From: Paraspadella gotoi
Taxonomy: Eukaryota > Animalia > Chaetognatha
Assembly (NCBI GenBank): GCA_051294375.1
Contig: CM119266.1
Coordinates: 14,063,614 to 14,127,513, forward strand
DNA: 63,900 bases
Direction of reading: 5' to 3'
The notes under the pieces: model-generated
What the model was told of the DNA's origin: nothing
What the model saw: only the letters and a program-made list of their open reading frames with translations
The model's database searches: none
Position numbers and translations under genes: made by a program
In this document: piece by piece, positions 52,191 to 63,900 of the stretch
Layout of the letters: each line of letters starts with the position of its first letter
Position numbering within the stretch: the first letter of the stretch is position 1

Positions 52191-54368
52191 TTTTTTTTTT
52201 TTTCGTAAACGCTGGATGGAACTGGCAGACTCGTAAATCGAGTCGAGAGAGAAAATGGATCGAGCTCCGTGTGACTCTCGTGAACTGGCTTACGGGCGAG
52301 AACGGTGAGGCCGCCTGATGGAATCACGGGGTGAATGAAGTGAGTGAAGCATCTGAAATGATGAAAAAATGTATATGTATCCTATCTGTGTCACAATAGG
52401 ATCCTTTGTTTCTCAAGCAACAAGTTTTCGGTCGTCATTAGTTTTCCATCTCCCCACCTGCCCCCCCCCCTCTTTTCGAATTCTTCGTTCGACAGAACTA
52501 AGTGCATCCGGAAACTAATGGCGCCTCCTGTACCTCAACTGTCTTCTTTTCCCTTTTATCTCCATTTTTCTTCCCTTTTCTCTTTCTTTTCTTCTCTTTT
52601 TTCCCTTTTTTTCCCCTTTTTGGAATTAGTCTTTTCTCCGCTTTTCTCTTCTCTTTTTTCTCCTTTTACTTATATTAAATTTTTTTCCTTTTGCTCTACA
52701 TCGTCCAAATTTTTAACTCACTTATTTACATCTTTTATTTTCTTTTAATGCGAATTCTCACCAGGCGATGTCACAAGTTATATGGTTTTTTTTCGTTGCT
52801 TCTTTTTTTGGCTTTGAATTCCAATCGCGTCTCATCATCGAAGCGGAAGAAGAATTTTTCACCGCAATGCTCTCTCGACTATCTGCCAGCTGTGTCTGTG
52901 TCATCTCTCTCTCTCTCTCTCTCTTCTCTCTTTCCTCTATTCTCTCTCTCTATCTCTTCTCTCTCTCTCTCTCTTCTCTCTCTCCTCTCTCTCTTCTCCT
53001 TCACTCCAGCCACAATTATTCCGCCACTATCCGTCATTTTACAACATAAAAATACGGTCAGGCAATTAAAATGAAACAATTTTAAAAAAAACAACGAAGT
53101 AATTTATCGTCAGGACCCTAAATATTTATCTCTCTCTCTCTCTCTCTCTCTCCTCGTAATGGGATTTCAACGACTTAAACCACAGTGAAATCGTCACAAA
53201 TTTGTCTCCCCTTTTTTTATTTGGGCTAAACGAAATGTTGCGAGGAAAAAGAAATTTCAAAATATTCGGGAAAACTTTTTTTTCTTATTTTTATATATTT
53301 TTTTTTGTTCCAACTTCCTTACTTCTGTTTATGTCTTCCTCTTGGAAATTGAAGGTTCTGCTCTGATGGAGAAGTAAACAATAACAATTTCTTGCGATTC
53401 TGTTTTTCTCTTCCTTTTATCGATGTGACGTTTTACTACTCTGCGTTCTATTTATATTTTATTCCTGAATTTGAAAAAACAGTAAACAAACAATAACTGT
53501 GTCTTCCTTTAAAAAAAGATAATTCAATTGTAATGTGCAGATAAATTTCATGGGCTTTTGTGGGTCCTTTTGCCGTTTTTAGTCGAAATTTAGAATGAAA
53601 AAGTTTAAAATTTTTTTCTGGAATCGACTGCGAAATTGTTTCCGACCAGAAACGTTTTTCCCCCCAAAACGGTTCCATTCAGTTTCATTCAGTCTTTCAC
53701 GATCTCAATACTCGGGTTCTCACCACAACGACTCTCACAAATTCGACTCTCTCACAACTCGCAACCCTTCAGAAACTCACTACTCACTCTCACAACTCGC
53801 GAAACTCTTTTTTTTTCTCCCCAAATCCATTTTGTCGTCCATTGTGGCTGCCAACAGAAATGGGTGACGTTTTTTTGAGGCAGACCTTTTTTTTTTTTGA
53901 GTCACTTAAAATGCTTTACAGAGAATGAGATTCGACACCGTATTCTCTCTCTCCCTCTCCTTCTCTCTTTCTCTTCAGCTCTTTCTCTCTCACTCTTTAT
54001 GCTAATTGAAAATTTTGCCCAGTCGTCTCTCCCTCCAGAGAATATTTTAGTTCAAACTGTCGCGGAGACCATGGGAAATAAGTATGGGCGGTGGGACTGC
54101 AAAGGGAAAGGTATTAAGAAGGATTCCCGTCGTTGGAGCCAAAGAAGAAGGTCCCCACGAGTTATGACGGAGGGTGCTGAGGATAGGGTGCTGTCTAGTG
54201 TGTTAACGTTCGTTTCGTGTGAAAAAGGGAGACTTTAAAAAGTGACGTTTTCTTTTAAATGGCCTCGAAAACTGGGTAGTTTTTAAATAAGAGGTTTTTC
54301 ATTCCGTCGCAGAAGTTTCACTTCTTTGCAAGTTGAAAGGGTTTTTGGGCTGTCGATAATTTCCTACT

Positions 54369-54371
<3 letters not shown>

Positions 54372-54424
<53 letters not shown>

Positions 54425-54453
54425 CTTCTCTCTTTCTCTCTCTCTTCCTCTCT

Positions 54454-54491
<38 letters not shown>

Positions 54492-54523
54492 CTCTCTTCT
54501 CTCTCTCTCTCTCTCTCTCTCTC
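54372..54523. repeat. interrupted (CT)n microsatellite
   Basis: read directly. Confidence 0.95.
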
Positions 54524-55641
54524 AGTCCCTTTTTCCCTCTCTCCCTCTTCTCTGCGGTCCATCTCTGTCTCGCTATGGCCAGATGTCGAATGTTTGCCGT
54601 TTGACCGCAACACGCGAATTCTCTTCCTTCTGTTGGTCAAGTCGTCGGGATCATGACACAATTTGTCACCCAAATGTCGGCCTAATTCCCTTCTGTCAAC
54701 ATTTTTTATGGCCCCTCATCAAGAAGCCAATTTCCGTCAGATTAGCGACGGAGACCAGAATATTTTTTTCCCCTNNNNNNNNNNNNNNNNNNNNNNNNNN
54801 NNNNNNNNNNNNNNNNNNNNNNNNNNNNNNNNNNNNNNNNNNNNNNNNNNNNNNNNNNNNNNNNNNNNNNNNNNNNNNNNNNNNNNNNNNNNNNNNNNNN
54901 NNNNNNNNNNNNNNNNNNNNNNNNNNNNNNNNNNNNNNNNNNNNNNNNNTGGTCGCAAAAACAAAAAAAAAAAAAAAAAAATAAGAAAAACCAGAAAATC
55001 AGACTTATTTTTTTCTTTAAGGAGAAGACGGTTTAACTTGTTCTTTTAACTCTTTACTGAATGCTGCAATGTATTATAGAAAGTTCGATCGAGAAACAGT
55101 TTCGCTTGTTTTACTTTTGTTTTGTTTTCTTCTGTTTCTTTTCTGTTGCCGAATTCGGTCGAGGCGCAAGCCGCAATCCCCTTTTTGCATTTGACCAACG
55201 AAGGAGAAAAAAAAGCTCGACATCAGGAAGATAATCGCCCTTAGGAGGATTTCCGTTCGATGACGAATCTCTCTCTCTCTCTCTCTCTCTCTNNNNNNNN
55301 NNNNNNNNNNNNNNNNNNNNNNNNNNNNNNNNNNNNNNNNNNNNNNNNNNNNNNNNNNNNNNNNNNNNNNNNNNNNNNNNNNNNNNNNNNNNNNNNNNNN
55401 NNNNNNNNNNNNNNNNNNNNNNNNNNNNNNNNTGTCCCTCTGACTCGTTTATGATTGGCCTTCGCCAGCTTTTCTGTCCGCTAAATTTCTATCCCTTCTT
55501 TTTTTTGTCTGCCCGATTTTCTGTCCAATTTTTTCGTGGTTTTTATTTCCCCGCAATCTCCAAATCGAAGGCCAAAACCCAGAGAGAGAAAGAAAAAACC
55601 CTCGCAGTTTTTTTGTGCTGATTTTCGTCAAAATAAAAAAT

Positions 55642-55761
<120 letters not shown>

Positions 55762-56549
55762 TCCTCTTCCTCTCATGATTTGGCGATTTTTAATTCCCTT
55801 TGCTTTTTTGCTTGTTTGTTTTTTCTTTCTTTTTTTTTTTGTTTGCACGCTTCTCTTTCTGACTTTGCATCAAATCTTTCTTCAGTTTTTTCTTTTTCTT
55901 TCCTTTTTTCTTTTTTCCCTCCTTTTATTTAGAGCGTCATCTCTCGGAGCGTCACACACACTTCCCCCGCTCTCGCGAAAACGCCCTCTTTCCCGACGTC
56001 GGCCTTTGTTTTGAGTCGCGGGGTCTTTGAACTTTTGCGCCTTCCCCGCCTTACCTTTGAGCCTCACCCGGAACCCGAAATCCCTATTTCTCTTCCTCAC
56101 ATTGACCTCACTCACCGGTCTAGAGCACGCTTACCCTTAATCCCGACGACCATCGGAGATCGACGCGCGACGAGGCGTGAAATTCTCTTCATCGGTACAA
56201 TTAGGAAATTGCAGAAAAGTTCACGGTCAAACGAAAAAAAAAAAAAAGAAATTGCATTCTCATTTCCCATTCACGCTCTCTCGCGTTTATTTTCCCTTCT
56301 TCTCTTCCTTTATTCCACTTCATCGCCTCTCGTACTCGTTCTCCGTTCTCCCCATTTTTTTTCTCTTTCTTTTTCTTCTTCTTTTTGTCTTCTCTCTCTT
56401 TTTCTTTGTTCTCCCTCTTCCTCTTTCAAAATTGCCTCCTCCATCTTACTCGGTTTGAGCCATTTATTTCCTCGTTTCTCATTGCTTCTTTTGCTCCATC
56501 AAAGCGATTCCATTGGCCGCTTCGGTGCCAAGTTCTTGAGGGGAGGTGG

Positions 56550-56656
<107 letters not shown>

Positions 56657-57044
56657 TATTTCTGTTTTGACCCTTAAACCTGGAAAAAAGTAACGAAAAC
56701 ATCGACGGCGGCCAAAAAGAAAAAAAAAGGCGCGACGTCTAAACCCGAAAATTGGTTTTCGTTTTGAGTTTTGTTTAGTTGTTTGGTAGCGCGACGATGG
56801 CAATGACGTTAAATGGCAGCGACGGATGGCGTTGCCGTTGTCACCGCCTCCGTCACTGCCGTCGACTTTACCGTCGACCTGTCGACTTTCTTTGTCGGCT
56901 TTCTTTGATGGTGCGAAACTTCATCGTATTTGGACGAAATATGATTTTTGTTTTTTGACAGAAAAAAAAATAGTTGGTTCCGTCGTTTTGATTTTCAATT
57001 TCATTTCTATGGACCAGAGAAAAAGGGAGAGAGAGAGAGGGAGA

Positions 57045-57095
<51 letters not shown>

Positions 57096-57294
57096 GGATC
57101 GAGAGAGAGGAAGAGAAAGAGGGAGAGAGAGAGAAAGATGGAGCAAGAGTAGGGAGAAGAGGGAAAAAAAGGATCAAGGAACAAAAAGAAGAAAAAAAGG
57201 GAAAGAATTTTCGATTGATTTTTATGCCACACGAAGTCGTAAGTCTCCCTTTTATCCCATTTAGACGCTCGCGTTATTTCCATATTTCAGGGTT

Positions 57295-57320
57295 GTCGTC
57301 GTCGTCGTCGTCGTCGTCGT
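57295..57320. repeat. (GTC)n microsatellite
   Basis: read directly. Confidence 0.95.
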
Positions 57321-60300
57321 AATCGGAAATCTTAACGAGGAATTTGAAGAAAAGGATTTAAATTAACCTTTTGTGCCCAAACGAGGCCTTTTTTTCTTCG
57401 CCTTCTTTTCTTTCCTTTTTTCTTTTCTTTCCTCTCCTCTTTCTTTTCCTTTTTTTCCTCCCCTATTTTTCTTATCGGTGAGATGCTTTTACCCGATTGT
57501 TATCAGGAACGATTTTCCGCCGCTAAAAAAAAAACCCTCTGCCGCAACTTGCTGCCGATTGCCGCAACTCTCAGCATTCATCGGAACAAAAAAAAAAACT
57601 TTTCATTTGGCTCGAAATTCGTGACAAATGAATCGAGGGTCGAAGAAGGACAAAAAATGTCTCATGAACTGAGTCAACGTTTGACTTCGAAATCTTCGAT
57701 CGCTTTCTCTTTTTTTGAGTCATAAGAATCTAACTTACCCGCGGCTCCTCCGCCGCTGCCTCTCCTTACCTCGTGTCAGAGGGCCATTTTTCATAGGCAT
57801 CCGCGAAACGGGGCGAGTTCGAAACAATTTCTCTCTGTGGGTAATAGGTTGGTGACTTTCATTGGAACACGAAAAGTTTTGCGTTTTAAGAGAAAAAAAT
57901 AACTGAGACAGAGACTCAGACCGAGACAGTCGCAGACAGAGAGAGAGACAATTCCTCGACCGGGACGAAGCTGACCTGAAGGTTTCGTTTCCCAAATCCG
58001 CGGGAAAAAAGCTGAGACTTAAGCCGATTGGTTTTAAGTTCGTTTTAAATCAAGAACAATTATACGTCTTTCTATTTCTCTAAATGGGTGAAATCTCTTC
58101 CCTCTTTTCCCTTCCCTTCTCTCTGTCTCTCTCTCNNNNNNNNNNNNNNNNNNNNNNNNNNNNNNNNNNNNNNNNNNNNNNNNNNNNNNNNNNNNNNNNN
58201 NNNNNNNNNNNNNNNNNNNNNNNNNNNNNNNNNNNNNNNNNNNNNNNNNNNNNNNNNNNNNNNNNNNNNNNNNNNNNNNNNNNNNNNNNNNNNNNNNNNN
58301 NNNNNNNNNNNNNNNNNNNNNNNNNNNNNNNNNNNNNNNNNNNNNNNNNNNNNNNNNNNNNNNNNNNNNNNNNNNNNNNNNNNNNNNNNNNNNNNNNNNN
58401 NNNNNNNNNNNNNNNNNNNNNNNNNNNNNNNNNNNNNNNNNNNNNNNNNNNNNNNNNNNNNNNNNNNNNNNNNNNNNNNNNNNNNNNNNNNNNNNNNNNN
58501 NNNNNNNNNNNNNNNNNNNNNNNNNNNNNNNNNNNNNNNNNNNNNNNNNNNNNNNNNNNNNNNNNNNNNNNNNNNNNNNNNNNNNNNNNNNNNNNNNNNN
58601 NNNNNNNNNNNNNNNNNNNNNNNNNNNNNNNNNNNNNNNNNNNNNNNNNNNNNNNNNNNNNNNNNNNNNNNNNNNNNNNNNNNNNNNNNNNNNNNNNNNN
58701 NNNNNNNNNNNNNNNNNNNNNNNNNNNNNNNNNNNNNNNNNNNNNNNNNNNNNNNNNNNNNNNNNNNNNNNNNNNNNNNNNNNNNNNNNNNNNNNNNNNN
58801 NNNNNNNNNNNNNNNNNNNNNNNNNNNNNTATTTTTCGGTCAACAAATTTCAATGTTTTTTTCTCACTTCGCCTTGGCTCTCTCTCTCTCGCTCTCTCTC
58901 GCTCTCTCTCTTTTTCCCCTTCTGGGTTTTATTTGTACTTTTATATTCCATCCAATTTGAAAACGAAAAAATTTTCCTCAAAACCGCAGGCGTCGAATTC
59001 GCCCGAATTCCCAATTCCTGCGACGGCGTGAAAATAAAGAAAAATTCCGCTAATAATATTTAACAAAAAAAAAAACAGAATTTGNNNNNNNNNNNNNNNN
59101 NNNNNNNNNNNNNNNNNNNNNNNNNNNNNNNNNNNNNNNNNNNNNNNNNNNNNNNNNNNNNNNNNNNNNNNNNNNNNNNNNNNNNNNNNNNNNNNNNNNN
59201 NNNNNNNNNNNNNNNNNNNNNNNNNNNNNNNNNNNNNNNNNNNNNNNNNNNNNNNNNNNNNNNNNNNNNNNNNNNNNNNNNNNNNNNNNNNTCCCTTTTT
59301 TTTTTTCCTTTTCTTTTCATTTCCTTTCATTTTTTTTTCCCTCATTTTTTTTTCCGCTCATACAATCGCCGAAAATGCGGCTGCCTATTCGGATTTCCTC
59401 TCGGTCTTATTCTCCAATCACCAACCCCTTGCTAAGAAAGAAACAAATCCAACCCCTTATCTCCATTTCTTTTCTCTACAATGCATAGCTTTCTTGATTG
59501 CCAGATTCAATGTAGCCTTTTAATCGGAATCTCTCATTTTATGTCACACTGTCAGAGTTATAAAGCGCAGAAATCATAGGTTCACTTAGTTTTCAATATC
59601 GTGAGAAGACTACTCATCACCGATGACGATCAAATTGCAAATCGGTCCCAACTAAAGATTATGGAATCATTTTCGTTCGTAGGGGCTTGAGCAGATTCAA
59701 TCGTACCTTGCGCGATCAGCTTATAAAATTTCCAGTTTTGTACTCGAAATACGAGTAAAATGATAAATTACATGCGTATATTCAGAGAAGCGACGAGTCT
59801 ACCTTTGCCAAACGTGTTCTTTTTTCACATTTTTTTTTCTCCCAAAAAACCCGGAAATTGTCTTTTGTTTTCCTCGTTTTATTTACCGAACCAACGCCAC
59901 CTGCGCCAACTGACATGTCTTCTTACTTTTTTTTTAGAAAAGTTTCTTTTCAAATCATCCTCGTCGCTTTAATATTTCCATTCCTGCGGAAAGGAGCTCT
60001 CACTTCTCGTTCTCTTCTACCCCCCCCCCCCACGCTTTAGAGCAATTCTTTTCTCTTTTTTCCCCCCCTCTCATTTCCTGGTTGAATTGAAAGGAAAAAA
60101 AATCTTCGATCCTTTTTTTCTTTCCCTTTTCCATCTTCGATTTCTTTACTCCTTTTTTTTTCTTCTTCTTCAACCAGGATTACATCTGGCCCGACTCACT
60201 TCGGGTTGGAATCGACGCCATTACCTCAGCCCCGATTTTCTCTCCATTTCTCTTTTTTTTTTTAATCTTTCTTTTTTTCTCCTCCTTTTTCTTTTGCATT

Positions 60301-60846
60301 CATTGGCACTCACCGATTTCTTGCAGCCCTTTCGTCTCCATCTCTCTCTCTCTCTGGGCTATCTGCATCCGTGGGGCGGAGGCGTCCTTGCCTGACTTTC
60401 TCTTTCTCTCCTTACCTTTTTTCCTTGAACCATCAAGGTTTCACGCTCACCGCCGAAATAATGACTTTCCCAAAATAACAAATACTTCGTGCCTCGCGGC
60501 GGAATTCGGACCGTCCTGCTGCCGTCGCCGCAGCCGCAGCCTCCCACGCCACTGCCGCCAAAAGCTGCCATCGTCGTCGTATGAGGTCTTTATTGCCGGC
60601 TTTATTGCCATTTTTGCTTCGTAGACGTCGCTTCGCTTTATTTTCACTCGCACAACATCTTTCCATACTCTTTCTGTTCTTTTGTTTACACGGCATCTGA
60701 AAAAGCAGTTGTCGCCGGCGGCAATCTCATTTTTTTCTCTTTCTATTTTTTGCAAGAATGCCTTTTCTTTTCGCTTCTTTTATTTTCAAATTGTCACTCT
60801 CTCTCGTGCGATAGACGGAACTTAACGAAGAAAGAAGGAAGCGACG

Positions 60847-60886
<40 letters not shown>

Positions 60887-61062
60887 GAGGAGATACGACG
60901 AGGGGAAATAGTAGGCCGAGGTTAGTGCGCTCGTTGAAACTCCGGGTCATCTCCCGTCCCCCCCTGTATGCGAACGAAAAATTCCTTTTCCCCATCAGCC
61001 TTCTCCTTTTTCCTTATTTCTACCACGTTTCACCTTGAATGTCTCATCGCATAACAAGTATT

Positions 61063-61142
<80 letters not shown>

Positions 61143-61511
61143 TTTTTTTTTTCCTAGTCCCTCCCCGCATTTCGTCTTTTTTTCCCCTTTCTCCCTTTTC
61201 CTTAATGTTTTGCCCCAAATGACTGTTCCATGGGCTTACCGGTTTTCGCATAAAACTTCTTCCTCCTTTCTTTCCTTTTTTTTTCTTTCTCTCCCTTCGG
61301 CTTTTGTCCTTTCCTCGTATGTGTTCTTTTCTCAGCTCTTTCTTTCTTTTATACTTTTACTTTTTTTTTTCTTCGAGTTTCTTTTTTAGAGTTTTGGTTT
61401 TTTTTCCTTTTTTCTTTCTTCCCTTTTCCCTCAGTTCAATTTCTTCCTGTTTCGCTGAAATCTTCTATCTTCTTTTCTACTCTTTCACACCATTGTCCCA
61501 TTTGTCTTTAT

Positions 61512-61651
<140 letters not shown>

Positions 61652-62649
61652 TCTGTTATCTCCGCTTCCTTCCATCCCGTTTCTTCTTTTATTTTCTTTA
61701 TGTTCCGCCATCTTGTTTCGTTTTTATCTTTCTCCATCTTGTATCTCGTATTCGGATTCCGCGTCGTTTATTGCTCGAGTCTTGTCGATCAGTTGCCTTC
61801 TAATGGCTTCTTTCTTCCTCCTTTCCTCCCTCCCTCCTTTTTTTTCTTCTTTTTCCATTTCCTCCGTCTCGTCCGATAAGATTCTTTTTCTTCCTCGAAT
61901 CTCCGCAGCAATTTCCTTTTTCCTCGATCGCTTTCCTCTTTTTTTTTCGGTCGATCTTCCATGGACGAGTTCCGCTCTCCCATTGCAACCTCCTCTTCCA
62001 CCATCACCGCCATCGGCCTCGCTTTTCGCCCGCAATATGGATTTTCTTGATTTAGCCCTCTACCGGTGACGCTTTTGGTCCTCGGGTTCGCGACCCCATT
62101 ACCGGAAACCCCTCGCATTCCTTATCACTCCCCCCACCTCTATTACCACTCCGCCCCCCGCTTTTCCACACCCATCGGCTGGTGGGTCAGCTTTCTCCTC
62201 AATCCCCTTTAATACCTGGGCGGTCGTCGACCCCGCAAACTCATTCAAAGCTTCATTCCCTTCTTACCGCCCCCTCCCCTCAACTCCCCTCCCCCCCACC
62301 GTCGTTGTGGCAACGACGTCGGCCAAACGCTGATGGTCTCGAGACACGCTGCCAATCAACGAGTAGACCGACCCCGTTGCGCCTTGGCGCGGCGATTGCC
62401 ATCGTCCAATCAAATCGCTTCTTTCTCTCTCTCTCTCGCTTATTTTAGCGTTCTTTTTTTTTACTTTTTTTATAATATTTCTTTCTTTACTTTCTTTCTT
62501 TTTCAAGTTTTTTTTCTCGCTTTCTCTCATTGTCTTTCTGTAATTCTAACTCTTTCTGTCCTCCCGTCATTCTGTTTTCCCGTGACCTCGTCGTGCCGCC
62601 GGAGACCCTTCGGTATTGCCACCTTCCGACGCATCAATCTTTTTGTTCT

Positions 62650-62783
<134 letters not shown>

Positions 62784-62890
62784 CCTCATGTTTTCCCATT
62801 GCCTTTTCCCTTTCATCCATCAGTCTTGTCTTCCAACAACCCCAGCATATCAAACTACGTTCAATTCAATCAAATTCCACACGCGCCCAA

Positions 62891-62956
62891 AATGTGGGTT
62901 CCGCATCCACAAAAAGGCCACAATGTGGGTTCCGCATCCACAAAAAAACCCACATT
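62891..62956. repeat. 31-bp tandem duplication (AATGTGGGTTCCGCATCCACAAAAA...) with hairpin potential
   Basis: Copies start at 62891 and 62922. AATGTGGGTT (62922-62931) is complementary to AACCCACATT (62947-62956). Confidence 0.85.
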
Positions 62957-63900
62957 CGCAGCTACAATAATGCAATGAAGGACAATTTATTGGGATAGAA
63001 AAAAAACTAATAGAGCTCTGTGATTTCAATTCTTGTTTGTCAAAATAAAATTTGATGTATAGATTCATGTAAACCTCGACAAGGATAGTAGATTCGCTCA
63101 CGTCTTCGTCCTCGTCCTCTTTGTCATCATGATCTTCATCTATGTCGTCGTCATCGTCTCCATCAGCTGATTCACGGCAACGAGGGCGTCAGTTACGCGA
63201 CGCTATCGCCGTCGCAACAATGACGTCCCGTCACTGACAACGCCCCCTATCCCCGCCCACTGTGCCTCACGATGTAGAGGTGACAAGCAAGTCGCACGGG
63301 GCTCTGGGCCGTGAGAGAGAGAGCAAGGGAGAAAGAGTGAAAGTGAGCAAGAAAAGAGAGACAGAGAGAAAGATAGGGAGAAAAAAAATGGAAAGACAAA
63401 GAATTAATAACCATAAAAATACTATAAAACCGAGTCGTTAGATTTTTTTTTTTTTCATAAGTTTTCCCATCCTTTCGAAATTCTCCGCGCTTGATAACCT
63501 CAGACTCGNNNNNNNNNNNNNNNNNNNNNNNNNNNNNNNNNNNNNNNNNNNNNNNNNNNNNNNNNNNNNNNNNNNNNNNNNNNNNNNNNNNNNNNNNNNN
63601 NNNNNNNNNNNNNNNNNNNNNNNNNNNNNNNNNNNNNNNNNNNNNNNNNNNNNNNNNNNNNNNNNNNNNNNNNNNNNNNNNNNNNNNNNNNNNNNNNNNN
63701 NNNNNNNNNNNNNNNNNNNNNNNNNNNNNNNNNNNNNNNNNNNNNNNNNNNNNNNNNNNNNNNCTCCTTGTTTCTCGTCGGCGAAGCCTTCACTTTTTTT
63801 TTCTTTTTTTCTTTTTTCTTTTTTCTCTCCTTTTCCCTTATTTTCTCTCTCCTCAACAGTTTTTCGCTCCGTTTAAACGAGGTTGTTTCTTTTTTTTTTC

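Noticed and set aside
63040-63190. Acidic D/E stretch on the minus strand, or a hydrophobic TM-like peptide on the plus strand
   Set aside because: Both derive from a degenerate (GTC/ATC)n repeat. An in-frame stop lies just upstream on the minus strand, and there are no strong splice sites.

Overview
This is a gappy draft eukaryotic (probably invertebrate) scaffold. It is almost entirely intronic or intergenic, with dense (CT)n/(GA)n and (GAC)n/(GTC)n microsatellites and abundant CpG. No rRNA, CRISPR array, intact transposase or long ORF is present. Nearly all ORFs in the track come from microsatellites or N-runs. About 25 kb (~40%) looks like assembly artefact: each of the five gaps of exactly 25 N is followed by an indel-rich, reverse-complemented copy of neighbouring sequence, consistent with raw long reads pasted in the wrong orientation. 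One such block is present twice, apparently base-for-base. Supportable biology: (1) a signal-peptide-encoding first coding exon at 16532-16655 (+), probably followed by a very long intron; (2) a ~2.45 kb non-autonomous TIR DNA transposon present in one read copy and absent from two other copies of the same site; (3) a weak three-exon model on the minus strand, divergent from that gene; (4) a degenerate tRNA-Met-like sequence; (5) several minisatellites; and (6) an ~18-bp hairpin motif interleaved within one noisy read. I found no convincing new biological system.
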